NCBI RefSeq assembly: GCF_027921745.1
Contig: NC_079240.1
Location: forward strand, 2,294,001 to 2,346,755
DNA: 52,755 nucleotides
From: Schizosaccharomyces osmophilus
Taxonomy: Eukaryota
Direction: 5' to 3'
Shown: piece after piece, positions 21,881 through 34,542 of the stretch
Position numbering within the stretch: the stretch's first letter is position 1
Layout: each line of letters starts with the position of its first letter
Notes under the pieces: generated by a model
Told to the model about the DNA's origin: nothing
Databases searched by the model: none
What the model saw: the letters and a program-made list of their open reading frames with translations, nothing else
Made by a program: the position numbers and the translations under genes

Positions 21881-22753
21881 TTATGTACAAGCTAATAAAG
21901 CTAACGTAAGTAAAGTAAATAGAGATACAAGCAAGTTATTCGCTGTCAAAATAGAAGACGCAGAAGAAGAAGACGATGCAGAAGAAGAAGTTTGCGAAGA
22001 GGAAGGCGATGCTGACACGTCGACTTTGGTGATATTAACAGATTTGGAGCTTGATATTGTCTTCAGATTAGGTGATATGTATGAATCATCGGTGCGCCGG
22101 CCCGTTCTCCCAACTTGATCATAAATGGTGCTTAGAAAAAGATCCACACTATCGAACGCGCCTCCCTTGCCGCTTTGTAAACAAGTTTTCGCATCGCTAC
22201 AACTGCCGAGAGTTTTATTAGTGAGTTGTAGATTAAACTCACAGCTTTTGTTGCGATGGCATTCATATAGGAAAGTTTCTTCCACCACAGACGAATGGTT
22301 TTCACCGTTTTTAGAGTTATTGTGCACATACTCAAAGGTGGTATTGGGGGTAAGCAAATAATGAAAACCGGTCGTGTAATCATTCGACGAACCTTTTACC
22401 GGATGAGAAGAGTCATTGATGCTTAAAGTAAATTGATTAGTAGTGCTTGACATTTGAAAGCATCTTGGTTCATTTCCTTTATAGCACGTTGGAAGTGTTT
22501 TATTTAAATTAAGACATGTTACACTTCCATCTTCCGCCGGAACAGCCAATACTGAGGATACATTTTCAAGGAATGAGTAAGCTCCCTTTCCATCCGTGAC
22601 GGGCGGGTTTGCTATGAAGGAGACGTTTCCACTGCACTCTGAATCATAAGGGAAAACTTGAACGTATAATGGATAGTCGGCTCTGTCCGGTTTTGAAACA
22701 ACTGTATTCTTTGCAAAATAAGCAGCAAATGCTATTAAAAACAGTAACTTCAT
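21881..22753 (-). CDS. Orphan secreted, probably GPI-anchored cell-surface glycoprotein
   Basis: ATG at 22753 gives 290 aa. Signal peptide MKLLFLIAFAAYFA, a Cys-containing domain with many N-x-S/T sites, a Ser-rich stalk and a hydrophobic C-terminus (LLVSLFTLLTLALLACT). Confidence 0.8.
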   Translation of the reverse strand: MKLLFLIAFAAYFAKNTVVSKPDRADYPLYVQVFPYDSECSGNVSFIANPPVTDGKGAYSFLENVSSVLAVPAEDGSVTCLNLNKTLPTCYKGNEPRCFQMSSTTNQFTLSINDSSHPVKGSSNDYTTGFHYLLTPNTTFEYVHNNSKNGENHSSVVEETFLYECHRNKSCEFNLQLTNKTLGSCSDAKTCLQSGKGGAFDSVDLFLSTIYDQVGRTGRRTDDSYISPNLKTISSSKSVNITKVDVSASPSSSQTSSSASSSSSASSILTANNLLVSLFTLLTLALLACT

Positions 22754-24563
22754 GTTGGGGATTATAACATGAGGCGTCAAAAAAGATTGAATATGCGCTT
22801 AGCAATTTTGAATTAAGCGATCAAGTTAAAAAACAAAGGCAACGTAACAGAAAGATCGGGATATAATTGATGGCTGAGGATATATTTAATAGATGTATCA
22901 AACCAAGTCTAATATATGATATTTGTTAAGCGCGTAAAGCTTCTTTATATCAATACAATGTAGCATAGCCTCAGAGGATGCCGCCTTTGTACATCATCAG
23001 CAATTACAAAGCAACCAGCCATGTTTCGAACCTTAAGTTCAGCATATCATTCATTGTCCGCTCCCGTTCATGCGTGAACCGCTTCGCCTCACTGAAAGAC
23101 TTTGCTTATTTAGCTAGCCATTCATATTTTTTATTGGTAATCCCTTAACTTGTTAAAAGAATGAAAACATTTCTTTACACAAATGAGACAGAAGTTTTTC
23201 TTGACTGCAGCGAACTATTTCATTCTTTGTAATCAACATCACAATGCAACTCTTCAATAAATGCTGTTTAAACCTATTTCAAACCTTGGGTATTTTCAAA
23301 AAAGTCTTTTAAGTATCACTCGTGAATATGCAAACTTCATCTTGATTTGATGACATGTTGGCGACTACGAGTTAGCTGTAAATTTGAGAGTAAGCGTTTA
23401 CTTAGCTTACATCAATAAACTTCGTAAAGGCTTTTTAGTGTGTGCGTACAAATGTGGGATTTAAGTAGTTACCATTGAACGTTATAAAGTAAATAAAAGT
23501 ATAAATTCTGGCAAGACCAAAACTTGTAAAATGTTGTAAGGAAATGTTACAAAAATAATTAACAATTCAAGCGAGTTATAGCGACGCTCCTTCTAAGTAT
23601 CGCTTATAAGAAAAGTTCGCTTTGTAAGGAAACCACAAAATGTAGAGTTTAACAATGATGTTATTTATAGTTGGTCGTAAGGAACCGTCGTACCTAGTAG
23701 ATGAATTAACGACGCTTATATTTACTCATGTCGATCGCCGAAATGTACTCGGAACCTGACGCTGGATATATGCCTGCTTCTTTGTCTCAATTAATTCCAA
23801 ATAAGCAAGTGCCAATAAGTATTAACTAGCCATACCTTATTACATCCGTTTTTACTACAAAAGGTAAACAGAGATAATTGACCAAATCAGTTGGTTTCAA
23901 ATTGGTCTGTAGACGAATCTAAACATTTTATGTAAATGTATTATAAATCACGAATAGATCTCAATAAGCTACTTTATAACTGAAGTTTTGATACGATAGA
24001 AAGAATGTGTTTAGACGTCTTCATTTATTGCAACTCGCATAGGGAAACTCTTATATCAAGGAATTTAACCTCGAGATCCGCATTTATCCGTCATATTCAT
24101 AAATGAACAATGCTGTGATTACCGTATTCGCAATTGTTATATTTAAACGCAGAGAACAAACTAGACGAATGGATTTGCGGTAGCTTAATTTGGCGTTGTT
24201 GTACTCACCTGAGGGCTTATTGTATTGCCCAGAGATCACCTTTCGTAAATGAAGAGCAAGGAACCGAAACAGTAGATAATTTCAATACAGAATTACTTTT
24301 TCGTCGTCTCATAGCTTTTTACTTACTATTTACTTCCCTTTATATAGTTTTAAATACTCATCACAGCCATTACATTCATTTGGATCTAAAATTCTAAACC
24401 ATTCTCTTTGGAATTTTCATTCTGGTGTGTCATCAACTCGTCGATTCTTCCAACTGAATAATCGTACAAAAGTCAAACGCCAAGTCATAGTTACATTAGA
24501 CTGTTTGTTATTCGTAACAATCCCCACCTCCCATTGCCGGACAATTATATTTGAAACGTTGTG

Positions 24564-25331
24564 CTAATACATTTCCAATCCTCCAGAAGCTGAAATTACC
24601 TGTCCAGTAACCCATCGTCCGTTATCTTCAACGAGAAACCCAACAATAGCTGCTATTTCTTCAGGGTTTGCGTTTCGTTGTTCATAAGGAGTGGCTTGTT
24701 CTTGGGCCTTAACGATTTCAAGTTCAAATGTATCCAACATATCTGTAACAACAGGTCCTGGGTTAACTTGATTCACCGTGTGCCCTTGGGGGCCCAATTC
24801 AGCGGCCCAACATCTTGTGAAGCCCTCAATTGCTACTTTACTTGCGCAGTATAGAGGAAACTGAGCATAACCCTTTCTTCCAGCAATGCTTCCAATGTTG
24901 ATAATTCTGCCACCTTTATCTTTGGGGAGGTGAGGTGCTACGCTTTCTGTCATGAAGAAAACAGCTCGAACGTTCAAATCGAAAATAGTGTTAAACTGAT
25001 CTAATGTCGTTGTTCCAATTGGCTTTGCTTTGTCTAGAAAGCCTGCATTGTTAACAAGAATATGAATGGTGGGACCAAATGCTTTGACGGTGGCATCAAC
25101 AATATGTTTAGCATTTGCAACATCACGCAAGTCGGCTTGGATACTGATGGCATCTGCTGAAGTACCAAATCCTTTGATCTTATTCACTAGTTTCTCTGTA
25201 ATTCCCTTGCTACTCTCGGAGGTAAAAGTAATTGCAACCTTGGCACCACGGCGTGCCAATGTCTCAGCGATTGCTGCTCCGATACCTCTGGAGCCTCCTG
25301 TGACGATGGCGACTTTATTTTCAAGGGACAT
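24564..25331 (-). CDS. Classical short-chain dehydrogenase/reductase, copy 1 (SDR1)
   Basis: 255 aa. TGGSRGIG, VNNAG, catalytic S and YCASK, VNPG, WVTGQVISASGG. Confidence 0.95.
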   Translation of the reverse strand: MSLENKVAIVTGGSRGIGAAIAETLARRGAKVAITFTSESSKGITEKLVNKIKGFGTSADAISIQADLRDVANAKHIVDATVKAFGPTIHILVNNAGFLDKAKPIGTTTLDQFNTIFDLNVRAVFFMTESVAPHLPKDKGGRIINIGSIAGRKGYAQFPLYCASKVAIEGFTRCWAAELGPQGHTVNQVNPGPVVTDMLDTFELEIVKAQEQATPYEQRNANPEEIAAIVGFLVEDNGRWVTGQVISASGGLEMY

Positions 25332-25412
25332 TTGCTGTCAGCAATCTATTTAAATAAAAGCTTTAGTATTATGGAATTATTGAGCTTAACATCAAATATA
25401 TGTAGTTAGTGG

Positions 25413-25432
25413 CTTAGTAATCATTTCTGTCA
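25413..25432 (-). promoter_or_regulatory. AP-1 (Pap1-type) site plus TGACA element upstream of SDR1
   Basis: + strand CTTAGTAATCATTTCTGTCA, i.e. TGACA-N7-TTACTAA on the gene strand. Confidence 0.55.
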
Positions 25433-27004
25433 ATCATGAATTTACGTATTTGATTAGTCATCCAAATATATCTTTCTATTCACAAAAAATTGAAGTGTTC
25501 ATTTTTGTATATGTAAAGTAGCACCGATTGTTGATAATCTAATGATCACTTTATGAATTCGTGGTACGCACCAACAGCAGTTCGTAATACTTCAAGTTGG
25601 ACTTAATTATTCAATCTGTCTGATTACTGTACAACATCAAGGACGAGTGATAGTTGAGCAACTTTCTGTACCTTATGTTTACTAGGCAAAAATTAGTATC
25701 TTAAGTTGGAACGTGTATTCATATTCATGATAAAGGGATTAAGCAAAAAGAAAGAAACTACGCAGTATTACTTTTTCAAAAATCTATTTGTTTAGTCTTC
25801 AGTTGATGACAAAGATATCACAAGGACATTAGGAAAAATGCAGTTCGTATGAATAAGCTTGGCTGTTCAACTTGGAGGTTTTGCTTTTGGTTGAGAAGTT
25901 TGGCTTTATCACCCAGACAAACTACTCTCAGTTGCAGATTCAATGATTAATACGTTTTATAATGTTATTCGTAGATAATTTTAGAAAAAATTTTTAAATA
26001 TTCTTAGGCAGGTCATATTACCTTTGGGAAGATTAATTTCATTTGTTTATTGTTGTTTAATATTCTACTAAAATGATTGCTTCAATCATTAAACAATTAT
26101 TTTTAATCAACATTTTCCAAGCTTATGATCATAACTTTGACATTGTCGCTTCTTTTTTTGGGTGTGTTTACCATCTTATTCGATTTTCTACTTTATTTCC
26201 ATCCTCTAAAACTACAGTCAAGATTAATGTTATCAACATAAGATAATGCCTCCATTTCTCTTTTAATTGCTAAAAAACTAGAATAACAACTTCGACTTGA
26301 TGGCTTTTCGGTTTCCATATAAAAACAAGCCCAATTCTTAATTTACTAAGTGTGGTTACCATTATTTTAAACACTTAGTTTTCTAAAGTAAACGACGAAT
26401 TTTGAAGGAAGGGTTTTGTAATAAGAAGTCAATTGATCATTCTAAATATGCATAGTAAGAAAAACTGAGCCACTATTTTGAAAATAACCAAGGTATTATC
26501 ATTACAGCGTCTATAAAAAGCCGTAAAAAACAAAAGCACGTTTAGTACCACTGTCCTTTATAATGAAACCTGTTCACTTAGGTATAAAAAAAAAAACATG
26601 TTCAAGGACATTACGATTTCTTCGTTCTTTCCTTGTGATATCCTTTTGAACGACCTTTTTTTGCAAATCAATCACTGATTGTCATATAGGCTGTGAATTA
26701 CCTATGCATAAAACACTTTACAGAGATTCGACAAAAACCAAAAAGTTATGCATGAGTCTGTTTACTTTTAGTAAACCAATCTACGGAAATTCGCATTACG
26801 TATTGCGTTTCGCTGCTTTCTTCATCAATGCAATGTATAGAGTTTAATGATCCGAGGTAAAGAAAAGACCCCTAAATATAACGTTATGTTCTAACAAACG
26901 TCATAATCAATTGTTCAATTCATATAGAACCGGTGGTCTATTCTGCCGCTAAGAAATCTTTAACACTTCCATAAACGTTGCTGAATCATATCAAAAAAGA
27001 AAAG

Positions 27005-27814
27005 ATGGGGACTGAACAAGATTATTATTCAAAAGGATTTGATAAAAGTGTTTCAAATACTCATGCTTGGAGAACGGCTGGAAATAGCTGCGCTTACGTA
27101 TTAAAACATTTAAAAAGCACTGACAAAATACTAGACGTCGGATGCGGTCCTGGAACCATAACTACAGACCTGGCACGATATGTCCCGTACGGAGAGGTTA
27201 TAGGTGTTGAGCCGATACAAGAATTTGTAGATCAAGGAAACACCGATAGCTCACAATTAAATCTTCAAAACTGTCATTTTCAATTTGCTAGCGGAGATAA
27301 TCTTCCATTTGACGATAACACATTCGATATTGTCCATGCTCACCAAGTACTGTTGCACATTGCAAACAGAGTAGATGTGCTAAAAGAAATGAGACGAGTA
27401 GCAAAACCTGGAGGTCTTATTTGCAGTAAAGATGCTGACCTTGAAACCTCTCAGGTGTATCCAGCAAACCTTTGTGAAGTGTTAAAATCACAATTTCTGG
27501 CAAAATCGAAACACTCATCAACACATCCACAAGCTGGAAGGCATCTTCGACAGTGGGCTATTGACTCTGGCTTTAGTCCGGTGAATATTTTATCAAGCGG
27601 TTCTCTTTGGTTTATTGCAAATGAAGAAGATCGCAAATGGTTTGGAAATATGTTTAAAGATCGCGCTTTACATTCTAATGATTCGTTAGTCCCCTCTAAT
27701 CCTGAGGACGACTTAAAAAAAAGACAGGAGGTAGCACAAGCTTGGGATGAGTTTATGAGAAACCCATCCTGTTGCTACTACTTGATGCATGGTGAAGTCG
27801 TTTGTAAAAAATAA
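27005..27814 (+). CDS. Class I SAM-dependent (UbiE/Methyltransf_11-like) small-molecule methyltransferase (SPAC1B3.06c-like)
   Basis: ATG at 27005 gives 269 aa. ILDVGCGPGTIT, LPFDDNTFDIVHAHQVL, EMRRVAKPGG. Confidence 0.92.
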   Translation: MGTEQDYYSKGFDKSVSNTHAWRTAGNSCAYVLKHLKSTDKILDVGCGPGTITTDLARYVPYGEVIGVEPIQEFVDQGNTDSSQLNLQNCHFQFASGDNLPFDDNTFDIVHAHQVLLHIANRVDVLKEMRRVAKPGGLICSKDADLETSQVYPANLCEVLKSQFLAKSKHSSTHPQAGRHLRQWAIDSGFSPVNILSSGSLWFIANEEDRKWFGNMFKDRALHSNDSLVPSNPEDDLKKRQEVAQAWDEFMRNPSCCYYLMHGEVVCKK

Positions 27815-28221
27815 TTTATTTGTTTCTTTATCACTTATGCAGGTGAAAAACTATTGGGCTCGCTGTAGAGCCGATCTATACCAAGGATGCGCATGAAGAA
27901 AACTATAATAGGTAATCATAAAGCTTTTTCAAAGGTCGCTCATTAGAATGCGCACTTATATGTTACAAGTGAAGAGTCTTTTATGTCTACTATGGCTTAA
28001 GTCTTCCATTTCGATTTCAATAACTTTCGCTACTATTCTGAACTTGATTCAACAAAAATAAAATAACCTATAAACCCATATAAAAGACACATGCATTGTT
28101 TTCGTATATCAATTCCTTTGTCAAAGATGCTTTCCTTTTACACCGTTTTATCTTCAAGTTTTTATTTATTTATTCTAAAGAATTATAATGTTCTACTAGG
28201 GGTTTTTTTGGTGCTATACTT

Positions 28222-29262
28222 TCAAAGACGTCTTTGATTAACTTTGGTTCTGGCTTTAACCAATAAAGTTATCGTCTTGTTCACGGTAGCTTCATAATCT
28301 AACTCCTCAGCCAACTTGACAATCCATCCATTCAGCGAATCAATCTCTGTTTCTCTTTTCTGGAGGGTGTCAATTCTCATAGAAGTACTGTTTTTTGCAT
28401 TTTCCACAAATCCAAGGTACAGAATTAGATTCAATAATTTCGGAACACTTAAAATCTCCCTAGCTTTTTCACTTTTAGCTAGAAGATTGTTTGATTTAAA
28501 CAAGACATCAACACATTCAATGATTATTGAATGAAAAAGGGATTTCACCTCGGTAATATTGGATAGTTCATAGTTCACACAATTCATAATTGCGGTTGTG
28601 GAGTTCATGCAAGAATTAACCATAAATTTTTGACATTGAAAAATCAGTAAATCCACATATTCCAAGTAACTACCGTTAGTCATTTTCGCCTCTAATAAAC
28701 CTTGTACCATGGCACAGGGTTCAACCGTATTAGGGACTGACTGGCCTTCATCAATTCTGGGAACTTTGGCAATTTTTAGAACTCCAAAGCATGTGTGATA
28801 ATACCAGAAGCTTTCTTTTGATGAAACGGAGTGTGAAGTGACTCCCTGATAAAGATTAGGCCGTGTGTACGGATTTTTCCAAACGGTCTTAATTAAAGCT
28901 TCAATTACACCGAACCCGTTATGAACAAACAAAACGTTAGAATGCTTATTTAGCATTGGAAGGTAATCACGTATTGCTGCTTCTGTCTCAGTTGTCTTTG
29001 CAGTCACTATTAAATTGTCTAGCGCATCCACATTAACTTCCGATGGACATGTTGCTTTCACTTTGTGTCGAATTAACTCCTGTTTATTGTCAAGTATCCT
29101 TTCGAGCGTCAAGTACGAGCCGTTTTCTCTAAATTGTTTAAGTCTGTCTTTGTTTCGTAAAAGCAACACAACTTTGTCCTCGAAGTTTGGTAAGCTCGAC
29201 AGCTCGCAACTCAGAAAGGTCCCAATACTTCCAACTCCTAGAACATAAACAGAGCCATCCAT
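28222..29262 (-). CDS. pan5: 2-dehydropantoate 2-reductase (ApbA/PanE family)
   Basis: ATG at 29262 gives 346 aa (the track's start at 29313 is TTG). VLGVGSIG, VTAK, HNG, QKFMVN (catalytic Lys), TEIDSLNG (catalytic Glu). The family is secure; true pan5 orthology is less so. Confidence 0.8.
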   Translation of the reverse strand: MDGSVYVLGVGSIGTFLSCELSSLPNFEDKVVLLLRNKDRLKQFRENGSYLTLERILDNKQELIRHKVKATCPSEVNVDALDNLIVTAKTTETEAAIRDYLPMLNKHSNVLFVHNGFGVIEALIKTVWKNPYTRPNLYQGVTSHSVSSKESFWYYHTCFGVLKIAKVPRIDEGQSVPNTVEPCAMVQGLLEAKMTNGSYLEYVDLLIFQCQKFMVNSCMNSTTAIMNCVNYELSNITEVKSLFHSIIIECVDVLFKSNNLLAKSEKAREILSVPKLLNLILYLGFVENAKNSTSMRIDTLQKRETEIDSLNGWIVKLAEELDYEATVNKTITLLVKARTKVNQRRL

Positions 29263-30672
29263 CAGACTTAACTTAAAGTAAGCAATCTCCTGCTCCGCCA
29301 GTTCTTCACTCAAACTTCCATATATAATTAATAGCTTATCAGTAAATTAGATGTGACTGTGATGCCATTATTCGTGACACTAGCAATAATCGCGCTTGTC
29401 ATGCCAAGTTTTTCTCATTTCAAATATGTATATATGCGCATTATATATACGTGGGCTTGAAATAGTTTTCTGTCAATAGGCTTTTTATTTGCGAGTCGTC
29501 CTTTAGTCAAAAATAAATGTGTAGTTTTCTATGACTTATCACCAAACAGTTTTAAGTTGACGATAGTAAATTTTGTGAAGAAACCTTATACGAAAATAGA
29601 GCACAGAGTAAATTCACTCAGTATTTTATAACTAACGAGGGATAGAGTAATGAAATGAAAGTTGCTATTGAGAACCTAAACACGCTATAGGGATATTTTT
29701 TACGTCGTATTCCTTTTTAAATGTGAAATTGTCATAAGTGGTATACGATATTACTATTACCTTATAAGAAAAAGGATTCATGAATGTACTGAATAAACAA
29801 ATAAACTGTTTAGACAAAGAGTTGAAAGAAGACAAAGAAAATAGTTTTATTCAAAGACTTTATTACAAATTATAAAAATGCAAATTACCTGGCAAATCTT
29901 CAGATTGGAAGATTTGACTGATCTAGCTAAATAACTCGTTCATACAACTTGCTCAATGAATCAGATCCCTGGAAGCTATTACTATTTTTCTAGTACTATA
30001 AAAGCATCCAACTTGTACAAAATGTAACTTATTCTCCACTGAGTACTTATTTTCATAACAAGTGAGACCTCGACTATGACATATTTGTACTTTTTACTAT
30101 ATGCATTAGCACGTACAAGACTAATGTTCTAAATGAAACCTCTAATAAATTTTAGTATAGACGCTCTTTATATGGTTACATCCCGAAGGCATTTATTAGA
30201 CCATTTGAACGTTCAGTATATTTTATATGTTTTTAGGTCAATACAATCCGTATTGATGCTGCTTCACGAAAGACATCTAAAATTGAAATTCCAAAGTAAG
30301 TTCAGTATATCTTGAGTAACAAAACCCAAAATAAATAGTGTTTTAATTTGTTATATTACAGGGCAACGCTTTCAACTGTCAAGGCCGATACGCAGTGTAC
30401 AAAATTTATGAGGAAGATTTTTTGGTCCAACTTTCTAGTTGCTTTCAGTATTATTAAGCAAATGACACTCCTTGAATTACTGCCCATTTCAATGCTAACA
30501 CATGTATAGCGTAGACGAGTATATGTACTACTTCCACTAAAGCACGTTACGGTTCTTTTTTTCAGTAACATGCGAAATTTCAAATAAATAGTTTATGTTT
30601 GGTTTATGAGCTTATCATTTGACGAGAAGGAACATTACCATATATGCCAATCGATCTGGCTTGTCATACAAA

Positions 30673-31455
30673 CTAGTACATCGCCATTCCGCCAGAAACC
30701 GATATGGTTTGCCCTGTTATCCATCGACTTCTATCTTCAACCAGAAACCCAACAACTTCAGAAATATCGGAAGCTAATCCAATGCGATGCTCAAATGGAG
30801 TCTCGTTTTTTATTACCTGTACAAAATCATCCGTTATCACTTTTCTTAGCATATCCGTGTCGACTGATCCGGGGTTGACCTGATTCACCGTGTGCCCTTG
30901 GGGGCCCAATTCAGCGGCCCAACATCTTGTGAAGCCTTCAATTGCCGCTTTACTTGCACAGTATAGAGGAAACTGAGCATAACCCTTTCTTCCACCAATG
31001 CTTCCAATGTTGATGATTCTACCACCTTTATTGGGAAGATGAGATGCCACAGCTTCTGCCATGAAAAAAACAGCTCTAACATTTACATCAAAGACACCAT
31101 TGTAATCTTCAATGGTTGAAGTTCCTAGTGACTTTATTGCACCTCCGCATCCAGCATTATTAACGAGAATATGAATGGTGGGACCAAACGCTTTGACGGT
31201 GGCATCAACAATATGTTTAGCATTTGCAACATCACGCAAGTCGGCTTGGATATTGATGGCATCTGCTGAAGTACCAAATCCTTTGATCTTATTCACTAGT
31301 TTCTCTGTAATTCCCTTGCTACTCTCGGAGGTAAAAGTAATTGCAACTTTGGCACCACGGCGTGCCAGTGTCTCAGCAATTCCTGCTCCAATACCTCTTG
31401 AGCCTCCTGTGACGATGGCGACTCTGTTTTCAAGAGGAAGACTGTTGCTAAACAT
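30673..31455 (-). CDS. Classical short-chain dehydrogenase/reductase, copy 2 (SDR2)
   Basis: 260 aa. TGGSRGIG, VNNAG, YCASK, WITGQTISVSGG. Confidence 0.95.
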   Translation of the reverse strand: MFSNSLPLENRVAIVTGGSRGIGAGIAETLARRGAKVAITFTSESSKGITEKLVNKIKGFGTSADAINIQADLRDVANAKHIVDATVKAFGPTIHILVNNAGCGGAIKSLGTSTIEDYNGVFDVNVRAVFFMAEAVASHLPNKGGRIINIGSIGGRKGYAQFPLYCASKAAIEGFTRCWAAELGPQGHTVNQVNPGSVDTDMLRKVITDDFVQVIKNETPFEHRIGLASDISEVVGFLVEDRSRWITGQTISVSGGMAMY

Positions 31456-31587
31456 TGTATTGTCGATCTAATTTAAGGAAAAACAAAAACTTAATACCTT
31501 TATGTATGAAATGAAATGAAACCTTAACTGAGAATTCAATTATTAAAATCTTAAGAAATGCGGTTCACCTTCCACTTATAGCAACGG

Positions 31588-31598
31588 CTTAGTAATCA
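31588..31598 (-). promoter_or_regulatory. AP-1 (Pap1-type) site upstream of SDR2
   Basis: CTTAGTAATCA, identical to the 11-mer upstream of SDR1 and SDR3. Confidence 0.55.
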
Positions 31599-32749
31599 TT
31601 ACGGTGTGTCATGAAAGTAACACTCAATTATTGTCACTTCGTTGTACGCTACTTTTATGTTGACACAAATCATTTATGTTTTCTAACTCATAAAAGTTTA
31701 TCTAGTTTAATGAAATAGCTACATGTTAATGTTTTTTGTATCCAAATTTCGTACTTGTTTTGTCTTCGCTCAAAGCAGCCATTAAGAAGTTTTTTAGCTT
31801 TATGTCGAATGTGACAGATAAAGAGCAGCTTCACATACTAAGGTTCTACTTTCTTTTCATTCAATTGATGTACCGAGAAAAATAATAAGCTTGAAAATAG
31901 CGATTTCTCTGCCTGCGCTCACAGGTGATCAGCTCATAAACTTATTATCTTCAGAATTACTGGCAGAATAGGAAAATACTATATTTCGCAATTTAACCTT
32001 ACAAGAACTTCTCCGAAATTCTTCTAGTATACCGTGAATTCTATAGTCCATAGAGCAATGAGCCACGAAGTTTCAGGAACTTCTGAATTTTAAAAAACAA
32101 TCAAATACATTTTGTTTCAAATATCATCTAGGTTTACCGTTGTTGGAAAATTGTTGAAGAATATTCTCTTTCCTTAGTTTTTATATCGAATGAACATCAA
32201 AAATGAATCTTCGTGGGGAATTAAAAAGCTTACTTGTGATCTCAATCAAAAATATATGTCTTGAATGAGTACCTACATTTGTGATTACTTAAACTATATA
32301 AACAAAAGGGAACTAAGAATGATTAAAAACAAAAACAAAAAGAAATTCTTTGCTTTAGTTGCCTTTAGGAGGTACTTTGTTTGATTCGATTTAAACTCAC
32401 TTGATGCATGAAATACGCATAAGATTAATAAAGCTACCTTCACAAGAAGATTTCAAACTAAGTAGCAATTATATAAGTAATTGAGTACTTGAATTATGTC
32501 TTGCTAATCTGAGATTAAATTAAAAATCTAGGTGTGACTTACGTTTTTCTTTCAATTCATCTACGATAATACTGCAAATTTGTTACTGGTATATAAGTAA
32601 AATCCAAGTAATACCATAGATTCTAAAATAAAAAGAAGGTTACTAGATTATTTTCGAGTATTATTTAGTCTAATGTAGTATTTTTATCCCGTAAGTTCAT
32701 TAATCAAAGGTAATAGTAAATGGGAATCCTCTAGAACAGATTTTACAAT

Positions 32750-33715
32750 GAACGTCTGATTAACCTTTGTTTTCGCTTTAACCAATAAGTTCTATTTCGT
32801 TAACAGTGGCTTTAAAATTTAACTCCTTAGTTAGCTTGACTATCCAATCCCTTCAGCGAATCAATCTCTGCTCCTCTCTTCTTAAGCGTAGTGATTCTCA
32901 TAAATGTACTGTTCTTCAATTCTCCATAAAGCTAAGACATCATAATTAGATCTACCAACCTCAAAACGCTTAAAACTTCCTTAGCCTTTTCACTGTTTGC
33001 TAATAAGTTATTTGGTTTGAATAATACATCAATGAATAAGTAACTATACTATGAAAAAGATACTTCACCTCTGCAATATTAAATGGCTCGTAATTGATGC
33101 ATTGATGATGGCCGTTGTAGAGTTTATGCAAGAATTAACCATAGCTTTTTGGCATCGAGAAATCAGTGAATCCCAATTTCCAAGTAGTTAGCGCTATCCG
33201 ATTTCGTGTTAAACAACCTTGTACCATGGCACAGTTTTCGGCTGAATCAGGGACTGGCAAACTTTCGTCAGATCTGGGTACTTTGGCAATTCTCATAATC
33301 TCAAGTCAATTGTTACAATACAAATGAGGCAGGAAGTGACTCATAATAAAGATGGGCCGTGTCTAAGAATCTTTCCAAAGGCCTTAAGTAAAATTTCAAT
33401 TACAACACATCTAATATAAACTAACAGAACGTTATAATGTCTTTTGACAAGGGAAGATAATTCCGTATTGCTGCTTCTGCGTCAGTTGTCTTGGTAGTCA
33501 CTACTATGTTGCCAAGAGTATCTGCATTAAGTTCCGATAGACATGTGGCCTTCAAATTGCGTCTAATTAATTCCATTATTGTCAATTATCTTTTTAGGTG
33601 ACAGGTATAATCCATGTTCTTTGATTTTTAAAGCTTGTCTTTGTTTCTTAGTAGCAGCAAAACTTTGTCCTCAAAAAATAATAAGCTCGCCAGCTTTCAA
33701 CGCTTCCAACTTCTT
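32750..33715 (-). pseudogene. Decayed duplicate of the pan5-like ketopantoate reductase
   Basis: Collinear nucleotide similarity to 28225-29240, with shared blocks such as TTCAGCGAATCAATCTCTG, ATGCAAGAATTAACCATA, ACCTTGTACCATGGCACAG, CGTATTGCTGCTTCTG and AACTTTGTCCTC. There is a +1 frameshift after EIDSL (~32846), a deletion across the GxGxxG region, and no ORF of 60 aa or more in the track. Confidence 0.9.
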
Positions 33716-34542
33716 TGAGCATATTTTTAAATAGAAGAGTGGTTAAAAGTAATAAATATGCTGCCCTATTCATTTTTCGAGTTTCTCTATCTTAATGGTT
33801 TGATTGATTAGGTTTGGACGTGACTCAAGTCACACATACGAACACGAAATAAAATCGCGCCTGTTATGCTCAACATTATTCTTCCAAAAAATAAAAATAT
33901 ATGGGCTAAAACAACTTCGCTATTTATAACAGGCTCATATTTGCGAAAACCTATCGCCTTGATTATGAAAAGTAGAAAATAATTGTTAAATGTATGCTCA
34001 GCGTTAAAAATTGAAGATTATTTTGATGAATCACATGTAAAACTTAATGTCGTGCCACAGCGTAGCACAAAAAAATACTCACCCTTCTAATACACGAAAT
34101 ATATGATAACTGAATAGAAGGCAGTGAGATGCTGTAGAAATTGTGAAAAATGCTTTACCTTGCTTTCAGTTATTCAGAGTTTTTATCGTTTTGTGCAAGT
34201 AAACCTCGAAATGCCTAAATAGATGAAGGCACTTCCATAATAAACCAAAATCACAAAAAAAAAACTATTCTATAAACTATACGTAGTTTGCTCTCAATTC
34301 ATGAGAGTATCGAAAAAAGAATGATGTTCTTAAAGAAAAAGCGACAGGACATTCGTCTTTGCATTTCGAATTATTTATAAGCAACTTTTCCCCACAGAGA
34401 TCCTAAGTAAACGTAATATTCATTATTTCCAGCTTTAGCTAGTCATTTGATTGATGCTAAACTTCACACCAAACCTAAACTCAGCACAAATATTTTTTTA
34501 TGGTCTAAATTTCACTTAATTTATTCTTCTCATTCTTCAAGA

